Below, piece by piece: positions 1 to 8,806 of a stretch of 41,118 nucleotides of DNA. Both the position numbers and the translations under genes were made by a program. Under the pieces are notes generated by a model, which searched no databases, was not told the DNA's origin, and was given only the letters and a program-made list of their open reading frames with translations. Position 1 is the first letter of the stretch. Each line of letters starts with the position of its first letter. Source of the DNA: Dehalococcoidia bacterium (GTDB lineage: Bacteria; Chloroflexota; Dehalococcoidia; DSTF01; RBG-16-68-14); assembly GCA_040882355.1 (NCBI GenBank), contig JBBEBM010000013.1, forward strand, positions 1-41,118. Direction: 5' to 3'.

Positions 1-854
1 TCGAACGTGCAGCCGGAGAGGCCGCCCCACTGCGGCTGGTCCATCGTGATCTGGACACCGTAGCTGTGTCCCGGGCCTTCGCGGCCCATTATATACGCGG
101 CGGCGGCGGCCTGCTGGATGAAGTTCTTCGGCGTGCCGCCGCCCAGGTACACGACCGCCGACTTGCCGGCGTTGGTCACGACGTGCGTCGTTTCGAGCAC
201 GTCGCGGATGATGTCGAACTGGACGGCGTGGCCCCAGCGGCTCCGCGCGTTCGCCAGCGCGAGGCCGTACATGCTATCGCCGAGCGCCGCGCTGTAGACA
301 GGCACCCCCTGGCGAGCGGCGGCGGTGAGGATGCCCTCCTCCCTCGCTGCCGGCAGTAGCGCCCGGCCGAGCAGCGCGAAGAACTCGCGCGTCGTGTACG
401 GGCGGTCGGTGTCCAGCGTGCGAATGAAACGCACGACGAACTCCTCGCTGGCGCTGAAGTCGGTCTCAGGCGCCAGCACGTCATAGAAGCGGTTGAAGCG
501 GAGTCGGCCGAGAGCGACGTCGTCCGTATCGGACGGGTGCTGCCAGTGAGGCGCCCCCAGCGACTCGTACAGATCGTGGAAGAGGTTCGCGCCGGTGCTC
601 ACCACGCAGTCGACCATGCGGTGCTCGACGAGGTAGGCGAGCACGGGCCGCATGCCGGCGGGCACCAGGGCCCCGGCGAGGCCGATGAAGATCGTCGCCT
701 CGGTGTCGGCGAGCATCCGCGCCCAGATTCGGGCCGCTTCGGCTACGTGGCGCGCCTGAAAGGACGTGCCGCCCATGCGCTCGATCAGCTCGGCGGCGGT
801 CGCCCGTTCCGTGACCGGGAAGGGCACCACGCGGCTGTGGCGCAGGTCGCTCAA
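1..854 (-). CDS. Deoxyhypusine synthase-like protein (3' end outside the window)
   Basis: Not in the ORF track. Manual translation from TTG at 854 is open to the window edge and gives IFIGLAGALVPAGMR, VVSTGANLFHDLYE, NRFYDV, YLGGGTPKNFIQQ and YGVQITMDQPQWGGLSGCTFE, all typical DHS-family motifs. It starts 1 nt after the speD stop. Confidence 0.88.
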   Translation of the reverse strand, partial: MSDLRHSRVVPFPVTERATAAELIERMGGTSFQARHVAEAARIWARMLADTEATIFIGLAGALVPAGMRPVLAYLVEHRMVDCVVSTGANLFHDLYESLGAPHWQHPSDTDDVALGRLRFNRFYDVLAPETDFSASEEFVVRFIRTLDTDRPYTTREFFALLGRALLPAAREEGILTAAARQGVPVYSAALGDSMYGLALANARSRWGHAVQFDIIRDVLETTHVVTNAGKSAVVYLGGGTPKNFIQQAAAAAYIMGREGPGHSYGVQITMDQPQWGGLSGCTF

Positions 855-855
855 G

Positions 856-1293
856 TCACTCCGAAGCGCCGGCAGTCGCCAGCTCGGCGAGAACGCCCTT
901 GCGCTCCTGCTCGGCGAGCGGGACGGCCTCGTTGACGACGTGGGGGTACTCGAGGCCGCGTTCCAGCTTGTTGACACTCACGGAACTGAGGCCGAACGCC
1001 TCCGTCACGCCGGCGATCGCGGTTTCAACATCGAATCCCTTGCAGGAAAAGACGTCCGCCCAAACGTAGCCGCGGCCGGGGAACGTATGGACCGCGATGT
1101 GGCTCTCTGCGATGAGGACGAACCCGGAGACTCCCCAGTCTTCCGGCTTCTGGCCCACGTACCGTTGGACAAAAGGGGGCGCGATCTTCGTCATCCCGAT
1201 GCGCTCGGGATAGCGATCCAGCAACCCCCGCACCAGCTCCTCGCTGGCGAGCTTCTCTGGGTTCCCGCCGAACCCATCGATGGTCAGGTGCAT
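856..1293 (-). CDS. speD: Pyruvoyl-dependent S-adenosylmethionine decarboxylase proenzyme family (class 1B); substrate not certain
   Basis: GVSGFVLIAESHIAVHTFP contains the E|SH autocleavage site, plus ADVFSCK. ATG at 1293 is preceded by AAAGGGGGG. Confidence 0.85.
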   Translation of the reverse strand: MHLTIDGFGGNPEKLASEELVRGLLDRYPERIGMTKIAPPFVQRYVGQKPEDWGVSGFVLIAESHIAVHTFPGRGYVWADVFSCKGFDVETAIAGVTEAFGLSSVSVNKLERGLEYPHVVNEAVPLAEQERKGVLAELATAGASE

Positions 1294-1583
1294 CGGTAAT
1301 CCCCCCTTTCCATGGCCTCCCTCGAACAACGCCGAGGGAGCGAGTCATGACCGCACCTCCCTAAGTGGCGACACTCCTCGTTTCGTCGCGGACACGCTAA
1401 AGGGCGCCCAGCAGCCCGAGGGGATCGGAGCTACCAGAGGCCCTTTGTGTCCACGACTTTCCCGACAGGCCCGAAGCATCATCGGGCGCCCCAGAGAGGA
1501 CAGCCCTCTCAGGACACAGACGCTACCCTAACACAAGGCCGTCAGGGGTGCAAGAAGGCGGAATCTCAGCGGAGAAATGGCGC

Positions 1584-2723
1584 TCAGCCCTGGCTCTGGC
1601 TACCACCACCGCCGCCGCCCCCACCGCCACCACCTCGATGTCGCCTGCGACCACCGCGGCGACGGCGACGCTTTGCGCCGGGCTGGTCACCCGCCGGCTG
1701 GGTGTCGGGCCGGGGCTGCGCTTCCGGTCGAGGCTGCTCGGCCGCAGCAGGAGGTCGCTGGCCCTGCCTGGGGCGAGGCGGCGGCCTCCGCGCAGGCCGC
1801 TGCGAGGGAGGGCGCGGCGGGCGCGCCGGCGCGGGAGCCTCGGCGGAGCCTTCCGCCATGAGCTGCTTCTCGAAGGTCTCCGTGAGCTGCTTCGGACGAA
1901 CGGCGGTGCCGTACATGAGCCGGAACTGGTCGAGCGGCATCTCGACGCGCTCGGTCGCGTCCTGCATGAACAGGCTGATCGTCTCCTTAGGTACGTTGAT
2001 GCTGAGCACCTTCGCGTCGCCACTGGGCGTGGAGATGCGCGAGCCTACCTTGGGCAGCGTGCCCTTGATCTCGCGGTACTGGTCGTACTCGTAGGTCAGG
2101 CAACAGAGCAGCCGGCCGCAGGCGCCGGAGAGCTTCGAGGGGTTGAGCGGCAGGTCCTGCTCCTTCGCATGCCTGATCGAGACCGTGGGAAACGTGCTCA
2201 GCCAGGAGCTGCAGCAGAGGCGCTCGCCGCAGCGGCCGATGCCGTCGACGATCTTCGCCCGGTCGCGGTCGCCCACCTGAAGGAGCTGCACTCGCGTCTC
2301 GAACTCGGTCGAGAGGTCTCGCGCCACGTCTCGGAAGTCGACCCGGTCCTCGGCCGTGTAGTAGAGCGTGAGTTGCGAGCCGTCCAGGTTGTAGTCCCCC
2401 GCGACGACGTGCATCTCCAAGCCCTCCTCACCCACCTTGCGACGGGCTAGGGGGACCTGCTCGACGGCCCTTTTTTTCAGATCCGCCGTGCGTTGCAGAT
2501 CCTCCGGCTCCGCGATGCGCTGGATCGGCTTCAGCGTCTCCTTGATCTCGCTGACGATCACCTGGTCGGGCGCGATGACGACGCGACCGATCTCCTGGCC
2601 GTGCGAGGTCTCGACCACCACGTAGTTGCCGACATCGAGCTCGAAGCCGCGCGCATCGAAGTAGTAGATCTTTCCCGCCTCTTTGAATCGGATGCCGACC
2701 GGCACCCGCTGCTGGTCCACCAT
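1584..2723 (-). CDS. ricT: PSP1/YaaT (RicT) family protein with a low-complexity C-terminal tail
   Basis: VGIRFKEAGKIYYFD, RVDFRD, GIGRCGERLCC and KLSGACGRLLCCLTYE motifs. Lies downstream of holB. Start chosen at ATG 2723. Confidence 0.85.
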   Translation of the reverse strand: MVDQQRVPVGIRFKEAGKIYYFDARGFELDVGNYVVVETSHGQEIGRVVIAPDQVIVSEIKETLKPIQRIAEPEDLQRTADLKKRAVEQVPLARRKVGEEGLEMHVVAGDYNLDGSQLTLYYTAEDRVDFRDVARDLSTEFETRVQLLQVGDRDRAKIVDGIGRCGERLCCSSWLSTFPTVSIRHAKEQDLPLNPSKLSGACGRLLCCLTYEYDQYREIKGTLPKVGSRISTPSGDAKVLSINVPKETISLFMQDATERVEMPLDQFRLMYGTAVRPKQLTETFEKQLMAEGSAEAPAPARPPRPPSQRPARRPPPRPRQGQRPPAAAEQPRPEAQPRPDTQPAGDQPGAKRRRRRGGRRRHRGGGGGGGGGGGSQSQG

Positions 2724-2784
2724 ATCGCCTCGCGCGACTCGATCCGCCTGCGGCGGAGAATCGCGCGTCCTCCTTTCGATTCGC

Positions 2785-3981
2785 TCAGCGCCGGCCAGCC
2801 CGTTCGGGCAGTGCCAGAAGCATGACCTCCAGCGCCAGCGTCGGGTTCGCGTGCTGCTCCAGATGCTGCGCCGCGTCACCCACGGCGGTCAGCGCCCGCA
2901 GCGCGCCACCTACCCCGTATTGTGCCGCCTGGGGGCGCAGCGTGTCCAGCCGGTCGGTGTCGGCGACCAGCTCCTCGCGGCCGGCCGCCATGAGCAGCAC
3001 GTCGCGCCACCAGACGCGCCAGAGCTCCAACGTGTCGCGCACGGTCTTCGGGTCGAGCGGGTAGCGGGCACCGAGCGACGCAGCGTACGAGAAGCGCCCG
3101 GCCAGGTCACCCGACAGGAGCGCATCGATCTCCTCCGCCACAGCTTCGCGCTCGGCAAGCAGCTTTTCGTCTTGAAGCGCCGCGACCGCCCAGCCGAGCC
3201 GTCCCTGCGCCAGTCGGGCCAATCGCTCTGCTTGCGGGGCTTCGGCGCCCCAGCGCTCGCGCAGCCCCTCCTCAATACGCGCCCGTGGCACGCCGGAGAA
3301 GACGACGCGCCGGCAGCGCGAGCGGACAGTCTCGCGCAGGGCTTCCTCGTGAGCAGTCAGCAGCACGAGCACGACCTGCGCCGGCGGCTCCTCCAGCGTC
3401 TTCAGAAAGGCGTTCGCTGCTTCGACCGTCATTGCCTCCGCCGGGTCGACGATCACGACTCGGTAGCGCCCCTCGAATGGCGCGCGGCTCACGACACGCT
3501 CCAGCCGTCGCACCTGGCAGATGCGGATGTCTCGTGAGTTGTCGGCGCTGTGGTCCTTGTGCTCCGATTCCTCGCACAGGCCGCCCACACCCAGCCACTC
3601 CACGTCCGGATGCTTGTCGTCTTCGATGTGGCGGCACGAACGGCACTCGCCGCACGGCACCGAGCCCACGCCGTTCGCCTCACCTGGTAGCCCAGGCCCT
3701 CCAGCCTGGCCATCGTCCTCGGCGTCATACCCAACGAGCCGTAGGCGGGGCTTTCCAGCCTCGCCGTCCTCCTCCCCTCCACGCGGAGCCTGGAGAGACT
3801 CCGCTACGGAGGACGCACCTCGCTCGCAGTTCAACGCCTGCGCGAACCGCCGCGCCGTCGTCGCCCGCCCGACGTGCTCCGGCCCGGCGAAGAGATAGGC
3901 GTGCGAGAGCCGCGCCTCGTCCTCGATCGCGCGGCGCAGCAGCGCCACCGCTCGTCCCTGTCCGATCACGTCCCACATCAC
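2785..3981 (-). CDS. holB: DNA polymerase III subunit delta'
   Basis: SHAYLFAGPEHVGR (degenerate Walker A), CGECRSC zinc module, HPDV, AANAFLKTLEEPP, TVRSRC. The start is GTG 3981 or ATG 3978. Confidence 0.92.
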   Translation of the reverse strand: MMWDVIGQGRAVALLRRAIEDEARLSHAYLFAGPEHVGRATTARRFAQALNCERGASSVAESLQAPRGGEEDGEAGKPRLRLVGYDAEDDGQAGGPGLPGEANGVGSVPCGECRSCRHIEDDKHPDVEWLGVGGLCEESEHKDHSADNSRDIRICQVRRLERVVSRAPFEGRYRVVIVDPAEAMTVEAANAFLKTLEEPPAQVVLVLLTAHEEALRETVRSRCRRVVFSGVPRARIEEGLRERWGAEAPQAERLARLAQGRLGWAVAALQDEKLLAEREAVAEEIDALLSGDLAGRFSYAASLGARYPLDPKTVRDTLELWRVWWRDVLLMAAGREELVADTDRLDTLRPQAAQYGVGGALRALTAVGDAAQHLEQHANPTLALEVMLLALPERAGRR

Positions 3982-3988
3982 GTCACTC

Positions 3989-4052
3989 AGGAACGAGGAA
4001 AAGGGAACAAGGCCTCCCGGCCCCGCCGGTCTCGTTTCCGTTCCTCGTTCCT
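3989..4052. repeat. Inverted repeat built from heptamer-like units between lysA and holB
   Basis: AGGAACGAGGAA (3989-4000) is the exact reverse complement of TTCCTCGTTCCT (4041-4052). Confidence 0.7.
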
Positions 4053-5382
4053 ACTCTTCCCACACGTCCGCCCGCATCAGGTCCTCGTAGGTCTCGCGGC
4101 GGCGCACGAGGCGCGCCCGCCCATCGCGAACGAGGACGATCGGCGGGCGAGGCGCCAGGTTGTAGTTGCTCGCCATCATAAGCTGGTACGCCCCTGACGC
4201 GGGCAGCGCCAGCACGTCGCCGGCCCAGAGCTTCGGCAGCTCGACGTCCTTGATCAGCACGTCGCCCGACTCGCAGTATTTGCCCGCGATAGTCACCCGT
4301 TCGGCGGACGGCTCCGTCGCCCGGTTCGCGACCACCGCCTCGTAGCGGGAACCGTACATCGCCGGGCGGATGTTGTCGGCCATGCCGCCGTCGACCGAGA
4401 CATACGTCCGCACACCCACGATCTCCTTGCGCGCTCCCACCGTGTACAGCACGACGCACGCCCGGGCGACGAGCGCCCGGCCTGGCTCGACGAACAGGGT
4501 CGGCTCAGTGAGGCCCTCGCGCTGGAGGGCGGCGCGTAGCGAGTCGACGACGGTCGCGGCGTACTCGTCCGGCGAGGGCGCAGGCTGGTCGCGGGTGTAC
4601 TGCGCCGCGAAGCCGCCGCCGGGGCTGTACTCGCGAAGCTCCAGCCCGTGCCGTTCGTGCATGCGCGCCGCGAAGGCGATCATTGCGTCGTTCGCCAAGC
4701 GGTACGGCTCCATGTCGAAGATGGGCGAGCCCAGGTGGCAGTGCAGTCCGACCACATCCAGGTTCGGCTGCGCCAGCGCCTCGACAATCGCCTCCTCGGC
4801 CTGCCCGCCCTCGATGGCAAAGCCGAACTTCGTGTCGAGCACGCCCGTCGTCGTCTTGGCATGCGTGTGAGCGTCCACGTCGGGCGAGACGCGGATCAGC
4901 ACCGTCTGGCGAACGCGCATGCTATCGAGAACACCGCCGAGCAGCGCCAGCTCGTGGAAGTTGTCGATGACGATGTGGCCCACGCCCGACTGGACGGCCT
5001 CGCGCAGCTCCTGCGCCGACTTGTTGTTGCCGTGGAGGTGCACGCGCTCCATCGGGAAGCCGCCCGCCCGTGCGACGGCCAGCTCGCCGCCGGAGACCAC
5101 GTCCATTCCGAGGCCCTCCTCGGCGAAGAGCGCCGCGAGCCAGCGCCCGAGGTAAGCCTTCGAGGCGTAGACGACCTCGCTCTCAGCGTAGCGCGAAGCG
5201 AACGCCTCGCGGTACTCGCGGCAGGTCGAGCGCAGCTCCTCCTCATCGAAGACGTAGAGCGGCGTGCCGAACTCCTTCGCCAGGTCGACGGCGTCGCAGC
5301 CGCCGAGAGCAAGGTGGCCTTCGGGCGTCGCATCGGCGGTGCGCGGCAGCACCGGCGCCAGCGCTGGATCGAGTTCAGGCAT
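4051..5382 (-). CDS. lysA: Diaminopimelate decarboxylase
   Basis: FGTPLYVFDE, YASKA (PLP lysine), HGNNKS, KFG, HCHLGS, EPGRAL, GKYCESGD, GAYQLMMASNYN. Confidence 0.95.
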   Translation of the reverse strand: MPELDPALAPVLPRTADATPEGHLALGGCDAVDLAKEFGTPLYVFDEEELRSTCREYREAFASRYAESEVVYASKAYLGRWLAALFAEEGLGMDVVSGGELAVARAGGFPMERVHLHGNNKSAQELREAVQSGVGHIVIDNFHELALLGGVLDSMRVRQTVLIRVSPDVDAHTHAKTTTGVLDTKFGFAIEGGQAEEAIVEALAQPNLDVVGLHCHLGSPIFDMEPYRLANDAMIAFAARMHERHGLELREYSPGGGFAAQYTRDQPAPSPDEYAATVVDSLRAALQREGLTEPTLFVEPGRALVARACVVLYTVGARKEIVGVRTYVSVDGGMADNIRPAMYGSRYEAVVANRATEPSAERVTIAGKYCESGDVLIKDVELPKLWAGDVLALPASGAYQLMMASNYNLAPRPPIVLVRDGRARLVRRRETYEDLMRADVWEE

Positions 5383-5662
5383 GGTGACAGCAGTATAGCG
5401 ACTTCTCGGATACCGGACGCTTGAGGCGAGAAGGACGATACGATGTCATCTTCCTTCCTGGCACGCGCGCGGTGATTGGGTAAGCCCGCCTACTGAAGTC
5501 GGCCGCACACCGAGGGGCGAGCCATGCCGCCGACTTCCAGTCGGCGGTTCCCCACGAAGTCGAGCAGGGGGCTTTGGGGATGTCGGACGAACCGGCCATT
5601 CGGCCCTACCCTGGCCGAGGTCGGCGGCGCTACCCTGACCGAGTACGGAAGGGAGGCCGCCG

Positions 5663-6301
5663 ATGACCCGCCACATCGCCCTACTCACCGCCCTCGCCCT
5701 CACCGCGGCCCTCGCGTTCGCCGTCGCCTGCGACGACGACGGGGACGGCGGCGTCGAGACCCCCACCACCGCGGAGGCGACGGTTACCGCGATCGCAGGG
5801 GAGCCCACGGCGACCGGCGTGCCCGGAGGGGCCTGTTCCGCTGCCCCGCTCTCCGAGACGCCTGTCGAGCAGCCGGACCTCCCCCCGGCGGTCGCCGAGA
5901 TGCGCCAGGCGATCATCGAGGAAGCCGTCGCCTGCAACTTCGACCAGCTCCAGGCGCTGGCATTGGACGGCTCGGCTACGTTCAGCTACAGCTTCGGCGA
6001 GCCGGCCGAGGGCGGCACGCCGGGGGCGTTCTGGGAGGGCGCCGAGGGCCAGGGCGAGGACGCGCTAGCCATGCTCGTGAGCGTGCTCAACATGCCATTC
6101 GCCCAGCGGGACGGCGCCTACGTCTGGCCCTTCGCCTACTCCCTGGACTTCTCGAAGCTCTCGCCGGCCGAGCGCACGATGCTCGAGCAGTACTTCACGC
6201 CGGAGGAGATCGACGGCTGGGTGCAGGCCAGCGCCTACCTGGGCTACCGCGCCGGCATCACCCAGGCGGGCGACTGGACCTTCTTCATCGCGGGCGACTA
6301 G
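5663..6301 (+). CDS. Putative lipoprotein of unknown function
   Basis: Hydrophobic signal ending in AVAC (lipobox) followed by DDDGD and a Thr/Pro linker. RBS GGAGG; high-GC3 codon usage. Confidence 0.75.
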   Translation: MTRHIALLTALALTAALAFAVACDDDGDGGVETPTTAEATVTAIAGEPTATGVPGGACSAAPLSETPVEQPDLPPAVAEMRQAIIEEAVACNFDQLQALALDGSATFSYSFGEPAEGGTPGAFWEGAEGQGEDALAMLVSVLNMPFAQRDGAYVWPFAYSLDFSKLSPAERTMLEQYFTPEEIDGWVQASAYLGYRAGITQAGDWTFFIAGD

Positions 6302-6404
6302 CCTCACCCAAGGGAAATAGGGGAATTGCCCACAGATCGCTACGCGCCCGGTCGATAGTGTTTGTGTAGTGCGGGAGTCTCAGAGTTGACAAGGGGGTAG
6401 ATCG

Positions 6405-6656
6405 ATGCGACTGCAAGAGGCCGCCGACTTCGTGGGCCTGTGGGCATATCTGACGGTACTGGGCGGGGCGCCCCCGGACCGCGAGGTCATGCAGGCGATC
6501 CGCTCCGCCACGCTCGGGCCTCAGGGGCTGATGGGCGCCCCCGCCGCAGTCGTCGAGATCACTGAGCGGCCCTCCGGCTGGGCCGTCACCGAGAGCCTCT
6601 CGGACATCGACCCCACCGTCTCAGACGAGGTGAGCGACCTCGCCGCCGCGTCCTAA
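6405..6656 (+). CDS. Hypothetical protein (83 aa)
   Basis: ATG preceded by AGGGGG, plausible codon usage, followed by a hairpin (CAGCCTC...GAGGCTG). Confidence 0.5.
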   Translation: MRLQEAADFVGLWAYLTVLGGAPPDREVMQAIRSATLGPQGLMGAPAAVVEITERPSGWAVTESLSDIDPTVSDEVSDLAAAS

Positions 6657-6773
6657 CGCCGCCCTCCCCGCAGCCTCGTAGGCCAGGCCTTGAGGCTGGC
6701 CATCAACGCGCCCTTCTTGTGCCCTGTTCAAGCCGCTGAATACAATGGACTGTCGCCGGCGATTGGGCCGGCG

Positions 6774-6797
6774 TGTCATCCTGAGCCTGTCGAAGGA
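6774..6797. repeat. REP-like element, family A (TGTCATCCTGAGCCTGTCGAAGG)
   Basis: Related copies at ~10016-10036 and, inverted, at 17567-17589 and 17630-17653. Confidence 0.7.
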
Positions 6798-6811
6798 CAA
6801 CTCACGCAACC

Positions 6812-7417
6812 ATGCGCATCATCGGCCTCACCGGGGGCATCGCCAGCGGTAAGTCGCTCGTCTCCCAACAGCTCGCGGAGAAGGGCGCCGTCGTGATCGA
6901 CGCCGACAAGCTAGGGCACGAGACCTATCGTCAGGGCGTCCAGACCTACCGAAGCGTCGTCCACACCTTCGGCGAGGACGTGGTCGGCCCCGACGGCGAG
7001 ATCGACCGCAAGGCGCTCGGCGCGAAGGTCTTCGGCGAACCCGAGCTGCGCCACCGGCTCCAACAGATCGTCTGGCCCGCCATCCGCGACCTGGCAGCTC
7101 AGCGACTCGCTGAGCTGCGCAAGCAAGGCACGGGCGTCGCAGTGCTCGAGGCGGCGGTGCTCATCGAGGCCGACTGGGTACCGCTGGTCGATGAGGTCTG
7201 GCTGGTCGAGGTCTCACCGGAGACGGCGCGTCAGCGGCTGATGGCGCGCAACGCTCTCACGCCGGAGGAGGCTGAGTCGCGGCTTCAGGCGCAGCTCACG
7301 AACGAGAAGCGCCGCCCGTTTGCCGACGTCGTGATCGAGAACGACGGCTCCCTCGATGAGCTGCGCAGCGCTGTAGACGAGGCGTGGTCGAAGCTGGAAA
7401 CGCGGGTGGGCTCGTAG
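6812..7417 (+). CDS. coaE: Dephospho-CoA kinase
   Basis: [34 protein letters not shown]. Confidence 0.95.
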   Translation: MRIIGLTGGIASGKSLVSQQLAEKGAVVIDADKLGHETYRQGVQTYRSVVHTFGEDVVGPDGEIDRKALGAKVFGEPELRHRLQQIVWPAIRDLAAQRLAELRKQGTGVAVLEAAVLIEADWVPLVDEVWLVEVSPETARQRLMARNALTPEEAESRLQAQLTNEKRRPFADVVIENDGSLDELRSAVDEAWSKLETRVGS

Positions 7418-7419
7418 CG

Positions 7420-8331
7420 ATGACCGTCGAAGAGCAGCACACCGCGGGCGAGTTCCGCCAGTACGCGATCGAGGAGTACCACCCGGTAAGGGAGCCGTAC
7501 TACCTCCCCACCGCGGACGAGGTCGACCTCTTCGTCGCGGCCTTCCGCCAGAAGATCCCGGTGCTGCTCAAGGGGCCGACCGGCTGCGGCAAGACCCGCT
7601 TCGTCGAGTACATGGCCTGGAAGCTGGGCCGCCCGATGACCATCGTCAAGGACGTCACCGGCGGCTCTAGGCAGAAGGACGGCGAAAGCGACCAAGCGTT
7701 GCCGCTGATCACCGTCGCCTGTCACGAAGACCTCACGGCATCGGACCTTGTGGGCCGCTACCTGCTGGAGGGCGAGACAACGCGCTGGATCGACGGGCCG
7801 CTGACACGCGCCGTCAAAGCGGGCGCCATCTGCTACCTGGACGAGGTCGTCGAGGCGCGCAAGGACACGACGGTGCTGATCCACCCGCTCACTGACCATC
7901 GTCGCGTCCTGCCGATCGAAAAGCGGGGGCAGATCCTGGAAGCGGACGACAGCTTCCTCCTCGTCATCTCTTACAACCCCGGCTACCAGAGCGCCCTCAA
8001 GGACCTCAAGCACAGCACGCGCCAGCGCTTCATCTCGATCGAGTTCGGCCACCCGCCGCGCGACGTCGAGGCGCGCATCATCGAGCACGAGAGCGGCGTC
8101 GACGCCGCGACCGCAGACGACCTGGCGAAGCTGGGCGAGAAGGTGCGCAACCTGAAGGAGCACGGCCTCGCCGAGGGCGTGAGCACCCGGCTGCTCATCT
8201 ACGCCGGACGCCTCGTCTCCGAGGGCATCGAGGCGCGGCGGGCGTGCCAAGTGGCCGTCGTCTGGGCGCTCACAGACGACGTGGACGTGCAGCGCAGCAT
8301 CGAAGAGGTGGTCAGCGCCATCTTTGAGTAG
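7420..8331 (+). CDS. CbbQ/NirQ/NorQ-type MoxR AAA+ ATPase
   Basis: [78 protein letters not shown] at 7420 lies 2 nt after the coaE stop. Confidence 0.92.
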   Translation: MTVEEQHTAGEFRQYAIEEYHPVREPYYLPTADEVDLFVAAFRQKIPVLLKGPTGCGKTRFVEYMAWKLGRPMTIVKDVTGGSRQKDGESDQALPLITVACHEDLTASDLVGRYLLEGETTRWIDGPLTRAVKAGAICYLDEVVEARKDTTVLIHPLTDHRRVLPIEKRGQILEADDSFLLVISYNPGYQSALKDLKHSTRQRFISIEFGHPPRDVEARIIEHESGVDAATADDLAKLGEKVRNLKEHGLAEGVSTRLLIYAGRLVSEGIEARRACQVAVVWALTDDVDVQRSIEEVVSAIFE

Positions 8332-8333
8332 CG

Positions 8334-8561
8334 ATGGCGCGACTACCGCAAGTGAATGGGCAGCGCGTCCTGCGAGCGCTCCGGCGGGTCGGCTGGGAGG
8401 TCATCCGCGTCCACGGTTCCCATCACGTCCTCGCCAACGACGACCGACCAGGTGAGACGATTGTCGTGCCTGTCCATCGAAGGCCGTTGAAGAAAGGCAC
8501 GCTGGCTGACATACTGGAGCGAGCCAAGCTGAGCGCCGAGGAGTTTCGCAAGCTGCTATGA
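8334..8561 (+). CDS. hicA: Type II toxin, HicA family
   Basis: 75 aa with GWEVIRVHGSHHVL, VVPVH and LKKGTLADIL. Confidence 0.88.
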   Translation: MARLPQVNGQRVLRALRRVGWEVIRVHGSHHVLANDDRPGETIVVPVHRRPLKKGTLADILERAKLSAEEFRKLL

Positions 8562-8806
8562 CCACCGCCACGATCCACCGCTACGTGGTAGTCCTCAAAC
8601 CTGCAACCGACGATGGCGAAGTCGGGTACACCGTGAACGTGCCGGCTCTCCCGGGCTGCATCACGGAGGGCGATACGGTGGACGAGGCCCTGGTGAACGC
8701 TCGCGAGGCGATCGAGGCCTACTTGCTCAGCCTTAAGGACCGAAACCTGCCCGCGCCCCCATCGGATGAGGTGGTCACATCTCTGGAAGTGGAGCTGCCT
8801 TCATGA
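8558..8806 (+). CDS. hicB: Type II antitoxin, HicB family (short, no DNA-binding domain)
   Basis: GYTVNVPALPGCITEGDTVDEALVNAREAIEAYL. ATGA overlap with hicA. Confidence 0.88.
   Translation: MTTATIHRYVVVLKPATDDGEVGYTVNVPALPGCITEGDTVDEALVNAREAIEAYLLSLKDRNLPAPPSDEVVTSLEVELPS

Noticed and set aside
540..570. Suspected frameshift in the DHS-like gene
   Set aside because: Recounting the G run shows the frame is continuous (ESLGAPHWQH).
1330..1530. SAM-I riboswitch upstream of speD
   Set aside because: The ATCxAGAG...GAGGGA..GGCCC..GAA.C..GCAACC...GTGC.AA consensus is not present.
5383..5660. Lysine riboswitch upstream of lysA
   Set aside because: No recognisable L-box consensus, and a -10 hexamer lies 9 nt from the ATG, leaving no room for a leader.
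7420..8331. Evidence for denitrification or carbon fixation from the NorQ/CbbQ-like gene
   Set aside because: No nor, nir or cbb structural genes are in the window, and family membership alone does not establish the pathway.
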